64,000 bases of DNA from Flectonema sp. DT1601 (GCA_964019425.1 OZ025802.1:992001-1056000); one strand, 5' to 3'. Shown: positions 25,811-40,675, counted from the first letter of the stretch. Translations and numbers: made by a program. The notes: generated from the sequence alone by a model not told the origin.

Positions 25811-28800
25811 ATGGCAACACAATGTCTGACGGTACTGGCTATAATATCGCTGGGGAGTATAGTAACGGATAATGATGTGTTGATGACGCATGAAGAAGCG
25901 ACTAATGAATGTCGAGCAAATGGTTGGGAGATTTGCTATTTTGAGTCGCAGAAAGAAGTAGAAGAAAATGTTCCGCACAACGACTTCGGATACTGGACGT
26001 CCCTAACAGACTTTGGGAAACCAATTGGTAGGGTTTGGGCTTCTGAAACAGCTAAACACGTATTATGGACTCCTAATAACGTCAATGAGGAATTCATTGT
26101 TGGAGAATTCGCGCAAGTGAGAAATCACAAATTCACAACTGCTACGCAATTTACTGAAAACGGTGAAGGTCTTGGTTACCTATGCTGCACTACATCATCT
26201 TGCATCGATAACAATAATGAACAGCGATCCTTTGTAACACAAGCCATCACTGAAGATGATAGCAACCCACCAAAACAAACGAATCTTATCTACGGAGGAA
26301 GTACTTTTTCACGTTGGCAAGTAGGGGTCCCTCTTGAGTTACCTATCGCTCAGATGCACCCATCTCGTGATTCGTGGTACTCTCCTCTAAAGGTCGGATT
26401 GCTTTATTATAACAACTTCCAAGGAGGTGGTGATTTTCGCCCAGAACCTGGATCAGTCGCGCACAATGTTACACTCGTCCAAGTGAGGACGAAGTGCTAT
26501 ATTTCTAGGTTAGCGATGACCTCCAATCCTTCAGACATTCTTAATTTCGGAACATCATCAATCTCGATAATAATGAGAGTTAATGCTGTCAAAAATAATT
26601 TCATGACAGTAGTTAGTGAGACTAATGAAACCTTTTTATATTTCAACATAAAAGATAACGGATTCAATTTTAAACTAGACAACACTTTGGAATGTCACAT
26701 CGGAATGAATACCTGGCATTTCCCACATGTTCATACAGTTATTGTATTAATTAACAGGTTGGGTTCAGATACTGTAGTCACTATTATCACTCACAGTAAA
26801 GTTACAAACTTCAAACAAACAAAAACCTGTACCTATAACAATTATCAAAAACCAATACGGGCCTATCAGTTAAAAGTAGGAACTGGAGACGTTTGTCAAG
26901 CATCAAACGCCGACGTTACCGCTCTTGGATTATGGAACAAACTTCTATCCCAAACTGAAATCGATCATATTCGCACAACTTATGAAACTACGAATTCCGC
27001 TGCCCAGTTCAATTCCGACATATTCTCATTTCCGAGGATGCAACTCTCGGCAGGAGTACCCCAGGAAATAACTGGATTATTATGGTTTAACTACGATGAA
27101 TATCCTCATTATGCTGAATTGACTAGAAATACTCCTATAAAGAACTCTTTTAATGGAAATGACAGTTTTAATTTTGACTATTCGGACATTGAGACTGTCT
27201 TTGGAGCTGTTCAAGGAAATGCTTTAGCTCTGGCTGATGATTTGTCACAATTCAACGTTTCTGGATGTCCTACATCTTCAGGGTTTTCAAGTCCTACAAC
27301 GATTTTAATTAGTTTGAACTCCTCATCTTACATCTCGTCTTTTAGGATTTATATAAATTCCGCTTCTACTTTTCCATTTGATACTAATGTCACGTTATGT
27401 TCATCTGCTGCTTGTATTGATTCAGAGAGTGTTTTAATTAGTTCGAGCTCTTGTATTGCTGAACATATTCTTTCAGAACCTCTAAGCTACCGAGTGACGC
27501 ATCTTTCATTTTCGATCAAGGCGACTGAAGAGATTCATGCTGTTGTTGTTGAAGACTGGAAACAGTCAAACAAGCTTGGGATGTGGCCTTTGAGATATAG
27601 TTCAAATCAATTAGTAGATCTGTCTTCGTCGGATAATAACTTAAAGGAGAGAGGCTCTAATTCTTCTGTTATGGTGTCTGATGGAGGAGAATTGTGGCTT
27701 CAGCTTCCGACAAATTGCTATTTACGTACCACAAATAGACTGTCACTACCTACCAAAACATGGGAGATATCAATCTGTGTTGATGTTAAGGTTAACAGTG
27801 GTACAGGTAGCCTACTGTCGATGACGGATCTTTTTGAGTTTGATATTTCTGAATTAATCGCCTTGAATGCCACCGAATCAACTGTCTGTTTATCAAGAGA
27901 AAAATATTTTATATCCATCACCGTAGACGGTTCTGAGATCGATAGAACAGCAATAAACATGACGTACATTGATAGTCGATATTTAGTCATTGGACGCAGC
28001 AGTAATGATATCACTGTGCGTAATATTGTTATTTACAGTCATTCGCTGACAGAAATCCAATCTGCGGCTCATTTCAACTCAACGATGACATCCAATTCAA
28101 CATTTCTGTCAAACTTTGAAGCTGCTAGGTGTGTACTTATTATTATTATTATTTTTTTTGTACCTTATTTATTATGTCATGTTATCTATTTCCCTGTGCG
28201 CCAGTAAAAACTAGCTGACGATCAACAAAATATATAAGGCTGCTTATCTGAAAATAATCTTAAAAAAAAAAAAAAAAAAACAGGTATTCCTATTCTCCTC
28301 GTCTTGAAACCCAGAAATCGAACTCAGCTATCCACTCTGGAGAAGAAGCATCCTGGTATACAAACCATTCGAATGGGGAATTGTTTTGGTGTTCTAAAAA
28401 CACATCATCACCACTGCAGACTTGTAATGATCAGTCCACAAGTAGTTACTTTCCGTGTGCATATCATGAACAGGAAGGTACTGCTTATGGAAGTTTTGCG
28501 ATTTATGGAAGTGGTGAAATCACATTAATAATTGGTACGACATCCTTAATCAAACATTCCATCATGGTGTCATTCAACGGAGCGTATGTACTGCGAAATC
28601 CGACTGATGATTTTGAAGAGAAAGTGACGTTGATTTCGAGTGAGTGGAATATTATTAAAATATCTTCGTATCTTCCAACAAGTCTCTCAACATGTGAAGG
28701 GTACTCAGTTCAGGTTTTATCATCGTCAAACAAAGAAATTCAGTGGAGTTATATCAACCCAACTAGAGATGATTTAGAAGTCAGAGATGTTCCTATCGTT

Positions 28801-31800
28801 GTAGAAAGTTATAACTGCGGTGATAACATGACAATTGATGTCGAAGGAGCAACGTCTGTTTCTGGTACTGGTAGTGTAAAGTCATTCATGGCAAGTTCTG
28901 GATTTATTGCAAAGTTAACATACCGAGAATCTTGTAACAATGCAGTCATCTCAATTAGAACGAATGTCAGCGACTTGAACGATCAAGAAACCATCGAAGC
29001 TAATCTTATTATCGATGCGGCACCTCTAGTTACTGTAGTTGGTATTGGAGGTATTGTGTATGTGGAGGATAGGGTTACTTTGAAACTTGAGGCTCAGAAT
29101 ATGTTCGGAATCACAGATCAAACGTTCAGCGAATCAGCAAACTTTTCATTACTTTCATCAGCTCTGTCTGGATGGAGTTCCATATCTTCTGAACATGCGA
29201 GAATGGTACCACATCCGAACACAACAGACTTTAGTAAGGGGGTTCTTAGTATTGATTTCTTCTTTCCAATTAGAGATGCGACTCTGCTTCCAGCTACAGT
29301 CGACGTTACCGTCCACGTCCCTCGTGCTACGAACAGTCCACTCACATTGACCTATACTGTATCTAAACATGTCTGTACTCCTACTTATTGTAATGGTCAT
29401 GGTAGCTGTGATGAAATTTATGGTTGTCTTTGTTTTCAGAATACTGCAACAGACGGACATTGGGACAGTGAAAGTCGTTGTGGGGATTGCTTACCGGGTT
29501 ATTATGGTTTTAGTTGTGGACCTCAATGCCCGGGGGTCTTTAGAAATAATGTGAATGATATAATGGTGTGTAATGGACATGGTGTGTGTGACGATGGAAA
29601 GTCTGGTTCTGGTACTTGCGCGTGTGAGGAGAACTGGTCTCCTGATTCCGGTTGTGGTGATTGCACACCAAATTATTTTGGACAATCTTGTTCATATGAA
29701 TGTGAAGTTTGTGGTGTCCCTTCAAATATTTGTAATTCTGGGATTCGTGGAACAGGCAGCTGCATCTGTAAGAATGAAGGTCAGGAAGGTGACACCTGTA
29801 CCAGTTGTAAGATGGGTTACGCTTCAAGTTCTAATTCATCAGGTTTATGTGATATAGCCTGTCCTAATCTTTGTAACTTTAGAGGTAAATGTGAATCAGA
29901 TGGAACCTGTACCTGTTTTAATGGCTACGGAGGAATCTCATGTCAAAGTACCTGTAAGTTCTTTAATGGTTTATTATGTTCTGGTCCAAATAGAGGTATT
30001 TGTGATGAACAGTGTGACTGCCTTCCAAACTTCTTTGGTGACGACTGCTCTGAATGTGCTCCTGGTAGATACGGATCTAATTGTCAAAATACCTGCACGA
30101 CACAAATGATCCCACCAACTAACAGACAAGTACACTGTTCTGGACATGGAAAGTGTAGTACAGGAGATACTTGTACATGTGATACTTTCTACAGCGGTGA
30201 TATTTGTCAGCACATCTGTCCGGCAATGGTCGGTGATGCTCTTCCGTGTTCGGGTTCTGGACAATGTAATAGTCAAGGACTTTGTGACTGCTTACCAAAT
30301 ATTGAAGGGGAATTCTGTGAAACTTGTAAACCAGGATTCGTTGGTCCTACCTGTACTGCTACTTGTCCTTCAGCTTGTGATAGCCATGGAACTTGTGTCT
30401 GGGATGACGCTATTAATGATGTTGTGTGTTTCTGCTCGGCAGGATATTGCAGCGTCGGAGCTGACAAGAAGGATTGCCGTAACAGAAACTGTAACGGTTG
30501 TAATTCTTTTGAAAAATCATTTCGAGGGATTTGTACCCCTTGTGACTGCGCCGTAACCCGCGCAGGAATCTGCAATCCAGAAACTGGGAAATGTACCTGT
30601 AATATAAACAGTTTTGGTACTGAATGCTTGCCTTGCACAGCTAATTGTAAAAACGGAACTTGTGATTCCTTAAATACTTGTCAATGTCGGTTGGGATATT
30701 GGGGTCCAACCTGCTCTAATGTGTGCACATGTAGCGACGTTAATTTCTGTAACCCAACAACTGGTGAATGTGAATGCAAACAAATTGGAGAGTACGCAAT
30801 GACTGGAATTGGATGTCACGTAACATGTGCTGGTGTTAGTCCAAACGGAGGATGTAACGGACATGGTGAATGTGGTCTTTCAGGGGCATGTGATTGTGTT
30901 CGTGGATGGGGTGGATTAGAATGTGAAATACCATGTCTTCATGGTCGAGTAGAAAATAAAGTTTGTGTTTGTGATGAATACTGGGACGGAGCAAGGTGTG
31001 ATAGAACTAATTCATGCACTGGAAACAATGCAACTCAGTGCAGCCGTCACGGTGTTTGCACCAGCACTGGTCTCTGCCAATGTTTTTCTGATGAATATAA
31101 CGGATTCTGGACAGGAATGACTTGTGATTCCTGTGCAAAAGGACATAGAGGTCTGTTCTGTAATTATCTCAATGGACCGACAACAATCTTAACTTCGATA
31201 GTTACGAACTCTTCTTCTTTATTTTCTGCATCAGTACTCCACACGACTTATTCTAGCATGGTTGCCGGCAAATCCCAAGTTGACGTTATTGCCGGTGGGG
31301 GTAGTAGTTTAGTAAAACTTGGCAATCCATTCCTACCATCGGATCCGGTTGGGGAGCTGAACATCGGTTCACTCAAAATACCAGGTGTGGTCTGTGGGAT
31401 TTTATTTGTTCACATCTTTGAGTCGACGTCGTACGTTATTCAAACATGTAATACGACAACTGGTAATCAACTGAGAATGAGTAAATGTAGTTGGAGTTCA
31501 CAAGCAATTGGTACTTGTACTACTAACACAGGTTTTTCTAATTTAGTTTTTACTGAAGCTGTCGCTAATGAGAAAAGTATATTCGTACTTGTTGGTACTA
31601 AGAACATTGTCGCATTCTACGATGGTTTCCTTACTTCTCAAATCAACGATGCTGTTCATGAACTGGAACTAGTCAGATCAATGGCCGTTAGTAGTACTAA
31701 ACTTATTCTTGGAGGTCAACGTCGTTCAACATGGGACATGTCATTTTTAACCTACTCGGTTCCAACACTGTCACTGACTTCAGATACTTTTATGAAAGAT

Positions 31801-34800
31801 TTAATTGAAGATTATGCACCAATCGATATCGGTAATGTATTGTGTTCTATGGGGACTCTGGGAAGTTGGACTGTAGGAGCTCCGTGTGATAAACATGAAA
31901 AGTACAACGACGTTACTTCAATTAACTTTAACGGACCGTCTGAAGTGGTAGCAGCAGTCACAACGAATGGAGGTGAGGTCGCATTGCTTCATGTGGATAT
32001 ATCAACCTATGGAATATGGCATGTACTTCCGGTAAATGACGCCAACGTGTTTCCTGGTAATGTCTTAGCGATGATTATAGACGAGGGATACGATCAAGGT
32101 TTCTTATCGTGCTATTCAACTTCGACACGGAAATCATCGCTTTATCGATTTCGAGTTCATCGAACTGCACTTCGACTAATTGGATTTAACGACATCAGCA
32201 ATTATGGAAGTTTTGCATCCTTCATAATCCAACCAACAACAAGATTATTATGGGCATCAGCACCTGTTGACTACGGACAAGCAACTTTATTCTATCCCCT
32301 AGCTATATATGCTGCTATGGATTCTGTTCCTCAAGTGACCCATTCTGCTTCAAAAATAAAAATAATTGGATCAGGTTTTAGGGCGGATGTTAAAACGTAT
32401 TGTTGGAATGGGGGTAAAAGTACTTTGGGTGAAATGTTAACATCGACAGAGGTGTCGTGTGATGTTCAAACCTCTGCTACGTGTGGATTGATTGAGATTT
32501 CAATTAGTAACGGCGCAGATCATGAGAACAACGCAACTCAAACTAAAACCATTCCAATCACAGTTCTAGAGTACCCCGTAGTGACTACTGTTCAGCCTAA
32601 TATAAGTCCTAAGAATGTCCATTCTGAAGTTTACTTAATCGGCCCGAACTTGAAGTCAACCGCAACACGAATGCAAAAATGTATATTCTCTCACTACCGA
32701 GATTACGACGGCGGTGATTCTATTGGTAAAGTTCTTTTTCAAGAAAAGTCAAAGGCATACTTTCTAAACACAACACACGTACTATGTCTTACAACGTATC
32801 CATATCCATTTTCTGTTGGACTCTCCCTGGACGGGGTGTCTCACAAGGATAATTCCGCGTTGTTTTTTTATTTACCAGCTCTTCGACTTTGTCCTTTAAC
32901 AACAAGTGACCTTCGAACCTGTCAGGGTGATTCAATTCAATTGCAATCAGCAGACTCTGAGTGGACTCACATCCCTGATATGTCTTTTGTGATATCTGAT
33001 GTTATGAGAAGATCTCTTAATGGGATTGGGAATGATGAAGTTACTGCTGGCATCCGCGTTGTTGGTTCTCTTAATTTTCCAAACCAATTACCAGTTCTGT
33101 TTGGTAATGTTACACAAGTCACATCAACAGGTGGGATTGTTACCTTTTCTGGATTTTCATTACAAAACGCATCAGTCGACACTCTAACACTGGAAGTGTA
33201 TGATGTGAATAATGGAACACTTTTACCTTCGTCTGTGACTTTAAGAATAACTGCTGGAAATGCTTTCACTGTAGCCAACCGTTGGAACTGCGCATTCGTA
33301 GAAAAAGCCGACGTCTCTCTCCTTGACTTTGCTGGTAATAAAATACGACTTGACGTGACCGGATTTAATTCAGCTTTAACCAGCTCATTACTTGTTGAGA
33401 GCGAACCTGATACCTGGATACGACCACTGTACACTGGCAGCCTACAAGCGTCAATAAGTATTGTGCGAGGAAGCACAGAAGTGTATTCGAAAGGACCACC
33501 GGAATTAGAAGTTGTATTTAATTCTGTAATGAATTGTCACCACGTTGAACTTCATCTTGAAAATTATATTGACATTAAGGTAGGTACTTTATGGTCGATA
33601 AAGAGTCAATCTCAAGGTAATTGGAGAGATGTTGACATCAGAAATATGACCGTCTCTGCCAGAGATATGAACGGAAAAGAAGTGTACTTGACAACAATGT
33701 CGTCAGATGTTGTGGTGAGGTCACTCACATCATTTCAAACTAATAAAATATTTATTACTATTTATGAATGTTTTGAGGACTCACTTCCGTGTATCGCTGA
33801 TGATGATGATCACAATTTATTATGCGACCTTCCAATGCCTGAAAACATCAGAGTAGGTTCTTTGTATAAAATCCAATACGAAATTGAAGGCTATATCAAC
33901 GACACCTCGTACTCTAATACTTGTTCTATATCGTCTTGTGAAGATTTGACTAAATTCAGTCTTAATGGAGTCTGTCATAAGTGTCCTGAAGGTGGAGTTT
34001 GTAATGGATCAGAGTCAAAATTAGTTGTAAGCCAACCCGGCTATTGGAAATCAGCTCCACTAACTTTTTATAAATGTAAATTTCCGGAAAACTGTCCAGG
34101 TGAAGATGAATGTTCTGAGACAAACACAGGTTCAATGTGTCAATCATGTATAGAAAATCACGCTCTTCACTTGGAGTATGGTACTTGTACAGAATGCTCA
34201 ACAGCAGATGCTATTCTTTCTATTTTCTACATGTTACTGTTGCTTGCGATACTGTCAGGGTTTACGATTATTGCTATGCTTCATGTCTATGAGTATCAGA
34301 CTATTCTTATTCGAATCGCCCTCGACTATGGACAGGCATCCGCCTTCCTAGTCGGAATGCATCCAACACTAAAGACATTCATAAAAGATTATTATTATGC
34401 TTTGAGATATTTTATATTAGATTTCGGAAGTACTAAGTCTTGGAGGTGTTTCCTAGGAATGGACAACATATTTATTCATTTTATTATAACAATGTTACTC
34501 TGTCCAGTGATGTCTTTATTGGTTGCTGCTATCGCATGGGCTGCGTACAGCAAGTTACGACATTCTAAAATCGCGCTCGATGGGAATGACAACAACAGAA
34601 CTGAACTTGACAAACAACTTCTAGATATCAACGCTCGTAAGTTAGAACGAATCCAGCCAAGACAGAATTGGATTGGTCGTGATTTCCAAGACTTTATCAA
34701 CGCTAATGAGAATTGGGTTGAAAAAGTTGAAGAAGTAGCTGCGGCTGACACTCTGTCTCCAAAATATGAAGTTGGTTTCCGAAACTCTCTGATTACGTCA

Positions 34801-36234
34801 TTTTGTGTTTGTTTTTACTTTCTATTCTCAGCTATTGTACACACCACCATTGAGAAGTTCTCCTGCTCCTCAATAACACGCGATGAGAATTCAACAACTG
34901 ACGTACTGTGGTCTACTCCGAGTGAACTCTGTCCTTGGAATACAGTTCTTGTGATTATGTCACTTGTTGTTTATGTTTTGATAGTTCCTGTTGGAATTCT
35001 TGTTACTTTAAAAACTTATCACAATGTTCATGGAGATTTGCAAACTGGGTTTGTATTTAGTGGAATCGTAGGAGGTTACAAACGACGTTTTTGGGTTTGG
35101 TTTGCTTCTGTCCTGCTTCGAAAAGCCGCAATCATCGTAATCGCGACTACCAAAATTGAAACTTTAACGAAGGCTTTCATTCTGATGTGGGTTTGGGCTG
35201 TTCCTTTTGTTGCTCATTTTTTAATAGCTCCTTTTGAGAATGATGTTCATAATGCTGTTGAGGGTTACACATTAATGGCAACCTTCATAGCAATCAATGC
35301 AGGACTACTTGGAGCTGATGATGGAGCCCACGCTGTTAATTACGATTATAAATCCGTCCCTTCAATTGTCATTTTGATAGTTAACATTCTGGGATGGATT
35401 TCGATACTTTGGGGTTTCTGTCGACACTATTGTATCAGAGAAAAGGATAACGATTCAAGAAAAGCGAGAGAAGAAGTAGATGAAGATTTCTATGGTGATA
35501 TACTTGATGAGAATGTAATGCAAAGAGAACTAGAAGCACTCTCTCAGGATAACTTCGATGATGATGAGGTGGTTAGTCTTGAAGAATCATTACAAAATAA
35601 GTTCAACCCAGACACTGCACCTAATCAGTGTCTTGTAATGTTAAACAACAATGAAGCCAGAATGTCGTATGCTCATGGATTACAACAAGTTGCGATAGGA
35701 ACAACAACGAGATTGGAGGCGACGGATTTAAGAAATGTTTATCAAATTAAAGAACCTGAAAACCGACTGATTATTGAATCGAGTCACAATACTATTTCCG
35801 TCGTTGGTAAGAGCACAGATATAGACGCCTGGTGTACGTGGTTATCTTCTGCAATCGTGTCTGATAGTGAAAAGGAATCCCAACCAGAGTCACTTCGTCA
35901 AAACGAAATTTATGAATTCCATGCAGCGACACCTCCTCCACGATCCCACTTCCTCGACAATAATGACGATGAGGTCGCTGTTTCTGTTTCTTCAAATAAA
36001 CTAAAAATTGGATCCAGTTCAATTCTGGCTTCAGATATAGTTTCAGTCATCTGCGGAACAGATACCATCAGAATTATGACTTCGTCAAAGGAAAAGTTTG
36101 AGATATTTGGAGCTGATTCTGACGTAACTATTTGGTCAGACTTCTTCAACACATCAAAGAAAACGGGACTGAGTGCGGCCTTACATTCTAACAGCAGTGA
36201 GAGTAATAAGTTCTTACCTGTTGATGATTTGTGA
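25811..36234 (+). CDS. Large (~3400 aa) receptor-like membrane protein: signal peptide, lectin/LamG-like regions, EGF/laminin-EGF repeats, TIG-like domains, Cys-rich juxtamembrane region, multi-pass TM domain, cytoplasmic tail; exons 25811-28128, 28284-36234
   Basis: Hydrophobic N-terminus; many CxGHGxC...CxC...GY/FxGxxC repeats; CPEGGVC...PGYW motif; several hydrophobic helices at about 34200-35430; the intron joins ORFs 25811 and 28381 in frame. Confidence 0.8.
28129..28283 (+). other. Spliceosomal GT-AG intron (155 bp) carrying the 88-bp dispersed element
   Basis: AG|GTGTGT...A-tract-CAG|G gives an open frame into ORF 28381. Confidence 0.85.
28165..28252. repeat. 88-bp dispersed repeat, copy 1 (SINE-like or small RNA)
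   Basis: Matches 61683-61770 with 2 mismatches. Confidence 0.9.
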
Positions 36235-37502
36235 AAAACCCAGTAATTTTCACAGTAATTCTTTTTTTAGTAAATTAGTACTGTAGCTGTAGTCATCGTG
36301 ATGCTAAAATGTGTCTTCGAACTGAGATGTTGGCCGCGCTTTCCTGCTTCGCTCGTCTTGTCATCCGACGGCCTTTTTTTTTATGTATCGTTCAGTTTCT
36401 TTCTTTAGTATTTTGTTTTGTTCCTACAACTTATGCTGAAATTCGAGTATCGTGAGTGAGAACGAAAAAGAAATATTTTTAACAGCATACGTATAACTTC
36501 CTTTAGCTTTATCGGTTTAAGTCGGTTCACCGTTTCGTGCGCGGACATAACATCCACAGTGTTATAGGACTACTGTAATTACTGTAAAGCCTAAAGCCAA
36601 TTTCCTTCTTTTTTTTTTTTTGCTTTTTTTTTTGCTTTTCTGTATCACGAACAATGGATTTGCTCCGAACTGAGAAGTTGCCACATGTCAGGAGGGAAAA
36701 GGTTATGGTGCTCATAAAAACAAGTCGAGCAGCTATTATTATTTTTTTTTTTCTTTTTTTTAAAAAAACTATCGACGACACGTGGTACTGTTTCTCACCA
36801 ACTTATTTTCAGCAACTACTATTTTAAAAAAAAAAATCACTAGCAATTCACCACCGACTTCTTTAGTGAAGAAGGACATACTTCTTTGCTTCTGTTTTTT
36901 TTTTTTTTTTTTTAAGGTTTTGATATTTCTGAACCTGAAAAGCTCTATGTTATGGTCAAAAAGGAAATTTAAAAAAAAAAAAAAAAATTCTTTTGAAACT
37001 AACACGGAGGCAGTATGAACATTTAAAAATCATTTGGGTTTTGGGAACTCAAAACCTCCTGATCATCTTATCTTTTTTTTTCTGACAAAAAAGAAGGAAA
37101 AAAATCTCCTTTTTTAAGAATCGATCATATTATTATAGACGTTCGTTCTACTGGTTTGATTTTCTTCTGTCTTAACAACAGTCTCCTGTGATAGCTGTGA
37201 GTTACTCTCTGTGTTTGCATCGGCAACACATCGACACGATGAATTTAAAAAACTCATTTTAAAAAAAAAAAACGGTGGTTTTTTTTTATTATTATTATTA
37301 TTTTTTTTAAAACTCTTATACTAATAATATCAAGGCAAACTTTTTATATTTGCCTTCGATAATGAATCGATTATACAAATGTTTTACTTTTTTTTTTTTT
37401 TTATTATTATGTAAGTTCTGATTTTCTTCTGTCCAAGCAATTATCCTCTGTGTTTGTATGAAATCATGAATTAATCTTTATTTAACCATCGGCAGAACAT
37501 AA

Positions 37503-38266
37503 ATGACAAGTAACGATAAGGACACGCGTGAGGCTGCGTTGTTGGGATGCATGCAGGTTTGTTTGTAGTTTTTTTTTGTTTTTTTTATAAATTGTTTAAT
37601 AAAAAGTTTGACACAACGAAAAAAAAAAAAAAAAAAAAACAGAAAGGGATTCACTCTGCTTCTGATGAAGAGATGATGACACCAGAAGAGTTCACAGCGT
37701 GGTTTTTAAAACACCGCGGAATGGAATTGCAAACAAATGACTCTACTCAACCTGCAGAAAAGCCGAATACTCCTCCTGCAGCAGGTACTGATCTGGATAA
37801 CCAAAACCCACCTGACAACAATGAATCAGAGGAAGCAGCCAGACGCAGACATTCAATATTTCGTCATATTTGGAATCTAATAAAGTGTCTGTTCTTGACA
37901 TTCTTGTTGGCGTATGATGGGAGTAAGGCATCGTCTAACTTTATTATTGGAGCGTTGATATTGTTTTTTATAAATGTTATTCAAAATGGTAACCTACTGG
38001 ATCAAATAGTAGTAGTTAGACATCAAGAGGCTCCAGTAGCACCACCTCCTCAGGTTGAGGCCCCACCTCAGACTAATGCTGCTGATGGAGATGCTGATAC
38101 TGATGCTCAACAAGATGTGACTGCTACCCCAGTCCCTCCACCACAGGTGGTAGTAGCACAACGACCACCAGTTGGTAAAATTCAACTAACTATCCGAGTT
38201 TTTGCTGTTTTCGTTGAGTCTCTGCTGCCGAGTTGGACATTACGTGAACTAGATCGCTATAATTAG
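37503..38266 (+). CDS. Membrane protein resembling the C-terminal half of HERP/HERPUD; exons 37503-37556, 37643-38266
   Basis: ATG at 37503 plus a GT-AG intron removes the low-complexity start of ORF 37547; two hydrophobic helices (LFLTFLLAYDGS...IIGALILFFI) and a C-terminal FVESLLP motif like HERP FFxSLxP. Confidence 0.55.
37557..37642 (+). other. Spliceosomal GT-AG intron (86 bp)
   Basis: CAG|GTTTGT...A-tract-CAG|AAA, phase 0, in frame. Confidence 0.75.
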
Positions 38267-38953
38267 AGAAAAACCCATCCGATTTGAATTAATTAAACAG
38301 AAAATGGTTTTTTTCTTTTTCTTTTTTGGTGTGTTTTTTGACTGAGAAACTCGATTATAGCTTATTGACATACTCCCCACCACCATCATCACCACCGACC
38401 GGAGAAAATGTAGCCTCTGACCAGTTGTATTTCCTTGGGAGTGGTGGTAGTAACAGTCTTCTTATTCTAGCCTGAGGATACTCTTTGAACAGTTAGCGTA
38501 TCGAATGGTTCACTTCGCTTTTTTTATGTTCTTTTAATTTGCCCCCCCGGGAGTTAGAAACATTTATTATAATGTAAAGTATTTACGTCAATCGCAGAGT
38601 GTATACCTACACTAACATTACCTTTAGTCACTGTATCTCAGAACTAATGTTAAATTATCGTTATGTTGTTTATGATACAAAACATTTGTATTTTACGTAC
38701 AAACTCGAACAGTTAACCCCCGGGAGGTTTTTTTTTTTTAAAGGACAAACTTTTTAAGGATTGCTTAGGATTCTGAGGGAAGTTTATTATTTTGGTTCGT
38801 TTTTGCAAATTGAATTGTTATTTAGTGAAGTGCTTTTATAATTTTTTTTTTTTTTTTTTTCTTTTTCCCATTTAAGACAAGAAAATGATAACGTGAGAGA
38901 ACATCATTCCGAAAGAGAAATAGCAATACTTTTTTTTACCAAGGGAGGGGGAG

Positions 38954-38984
<31 letters not shown>

Positions 38985-38985
<1 letters not shown>

Positions 38986-40445
38986 TGGTCAGCGCGGCAA
39001 CAAAACTCCGACGTCGAAAAGAAGGAGTTAAACGAAAGAAGAAACAAAGAGTAGAAACACCACTGATAACTGATATAAAAGAAGTACAGAACATCGAATT
39101 AGTGACAGTCGGAATTGATAAGGAAGACGAGGGGTATGAGACATACAAAAAAGTATTCTCTAAAATGCACCTAACGAACGACGATGAAACAGAAGGCAAA
39201 CCAAATAATGACAGTGACACGGATTCTTACGATGACATGAAAGTTAAAGAAGAAGAAGACACCAATGAAACAGCCACAGGTCCGAGTAAGAAAGCTAAAA
39301 GAGCAGCATCTCGATTAACAATCGCTCAGTTAAAACAATGTGTTTCTAATCCGAGAGTAGTTGAGCTCCACGATCGTAATGCAAATGATCCAAAATTACT
39401 AATACACCTGAAGGCATATCGTAATACTGTACCTGTTCCGAGTCATTGGTGTCAAAAACGTCGATACTTGTCAGTTAAAAGAGGACACACAAAACCCCCT
39501 TTTGAGCTTCCCCCATACATCGCAGCAACGGGTATCGCCCGAATCCGCGAGCAGTTCTTAAAAAGAGAAGAGTCGAGAAGAGACAGAGTGAAGTCGAGGG
39601 ATAAGTCACACGTCAAAATTGATAAAATTGACGTCGATTTCCACGTCCTTCACGACGCTTTTCACAAGCATCAAACAAAACCTCCGATGTCAGAGTACGG
39701 TGAGATATACTTCGAAGGTCGTGAGAAGGAAATTAAGAACAGAGCAGCGAAACCTGGACAGCTATCAGACCGTCTAAAAGAAGCCTTGGGAATCCCTGAA
39801 GGATATCCTCCTCCATGGCTTATTAATATGCAAAAGTTTGGTCCTCCTCCATCATACCCGAGTCTAAAGATTCCTGGACTAACTTCACCTCTACCTACTG
39901 GTGCTTCTTATGGATATCATGTAGGTGGGTGGGGGAAGATTCCAACTGATAGGGAAACTGGTCAGCCATTATTTGGTCACTTTGAAGTAGATGATGACAC
40001 TGACGCGAGAAAGCAAACATTCTGGGGAATAATGAAAGAAGATAGGTACGACACAGAGGAAGAGGTTTCTGATGAAGAAGGATCTTCTCAGGAAGAGGAC
40101 GAAGTTTCAACACCTCCACCGCCACCACCACCACCTCTGGAGACAACTCAACCGCCTGTTAACTTCACGGAAGAAGCACCAGAGTTAGTTGATTTGCATA
40201 AACACGCACCTGGTAGTGCTGTTGCAGGTGGTCCAGCAGGAAAAGTTCTTGATCAAGTCACAACAGCACCAAAAGGATTTCTAGGATCTACATACGGCTA
40301 TCGCCTTGGAGGTGACACTGAAGAAGCTCAGCCTGAAGAAAAACGCCCTGCGACTGAGGACCCGGCTGATCTCAAAAGACTTAAGAAGGATTCCGCACCT
40401 CCACCCCGCAAGGAGGCAAAACGCAAAAAAGAATTCAAATTCTAA
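38985..40445 (+). CDS. SF3B2: Splicing factor 3B subunit 2 (SAP145/Cus1)
   Basis: RLTIAQLKQ, NTVPVPSHWCQKRRYL, PGQLSDRLKEALG, PPPWLINMQKFGPPPSYPSLKIPG, GYHVGGWGK, terminal KKEFKF. Confidence 0.95.
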
Positions 40446-40675
40446 AAAATTAAAAAAAAAGTTGTTTTTTTTTTATCTGTTTGCGTTTTTATCAATTTAT
40501 TATTACCTCTTTAAAAATGAGAATTTCTTTTACTCGAAAATAGTGTACTCGTTCTACCATATTTGTAGTGTAGCACTTCAAGTTCTGGGTATTACATGCT
40601 TTCTGTAGAATTATTTTAATGTTATTTTTTTTTCTTCATTATTAGGCCTTAACTGGCGCATGAACTGAACGACAT

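Noticed and set aside
36295..36372. C/D snoRNA-like TGATG...CTGA pattern
   Set aside because: The C box is imperfect, the terminal box is CCGA, and I recognised no rRNA guide
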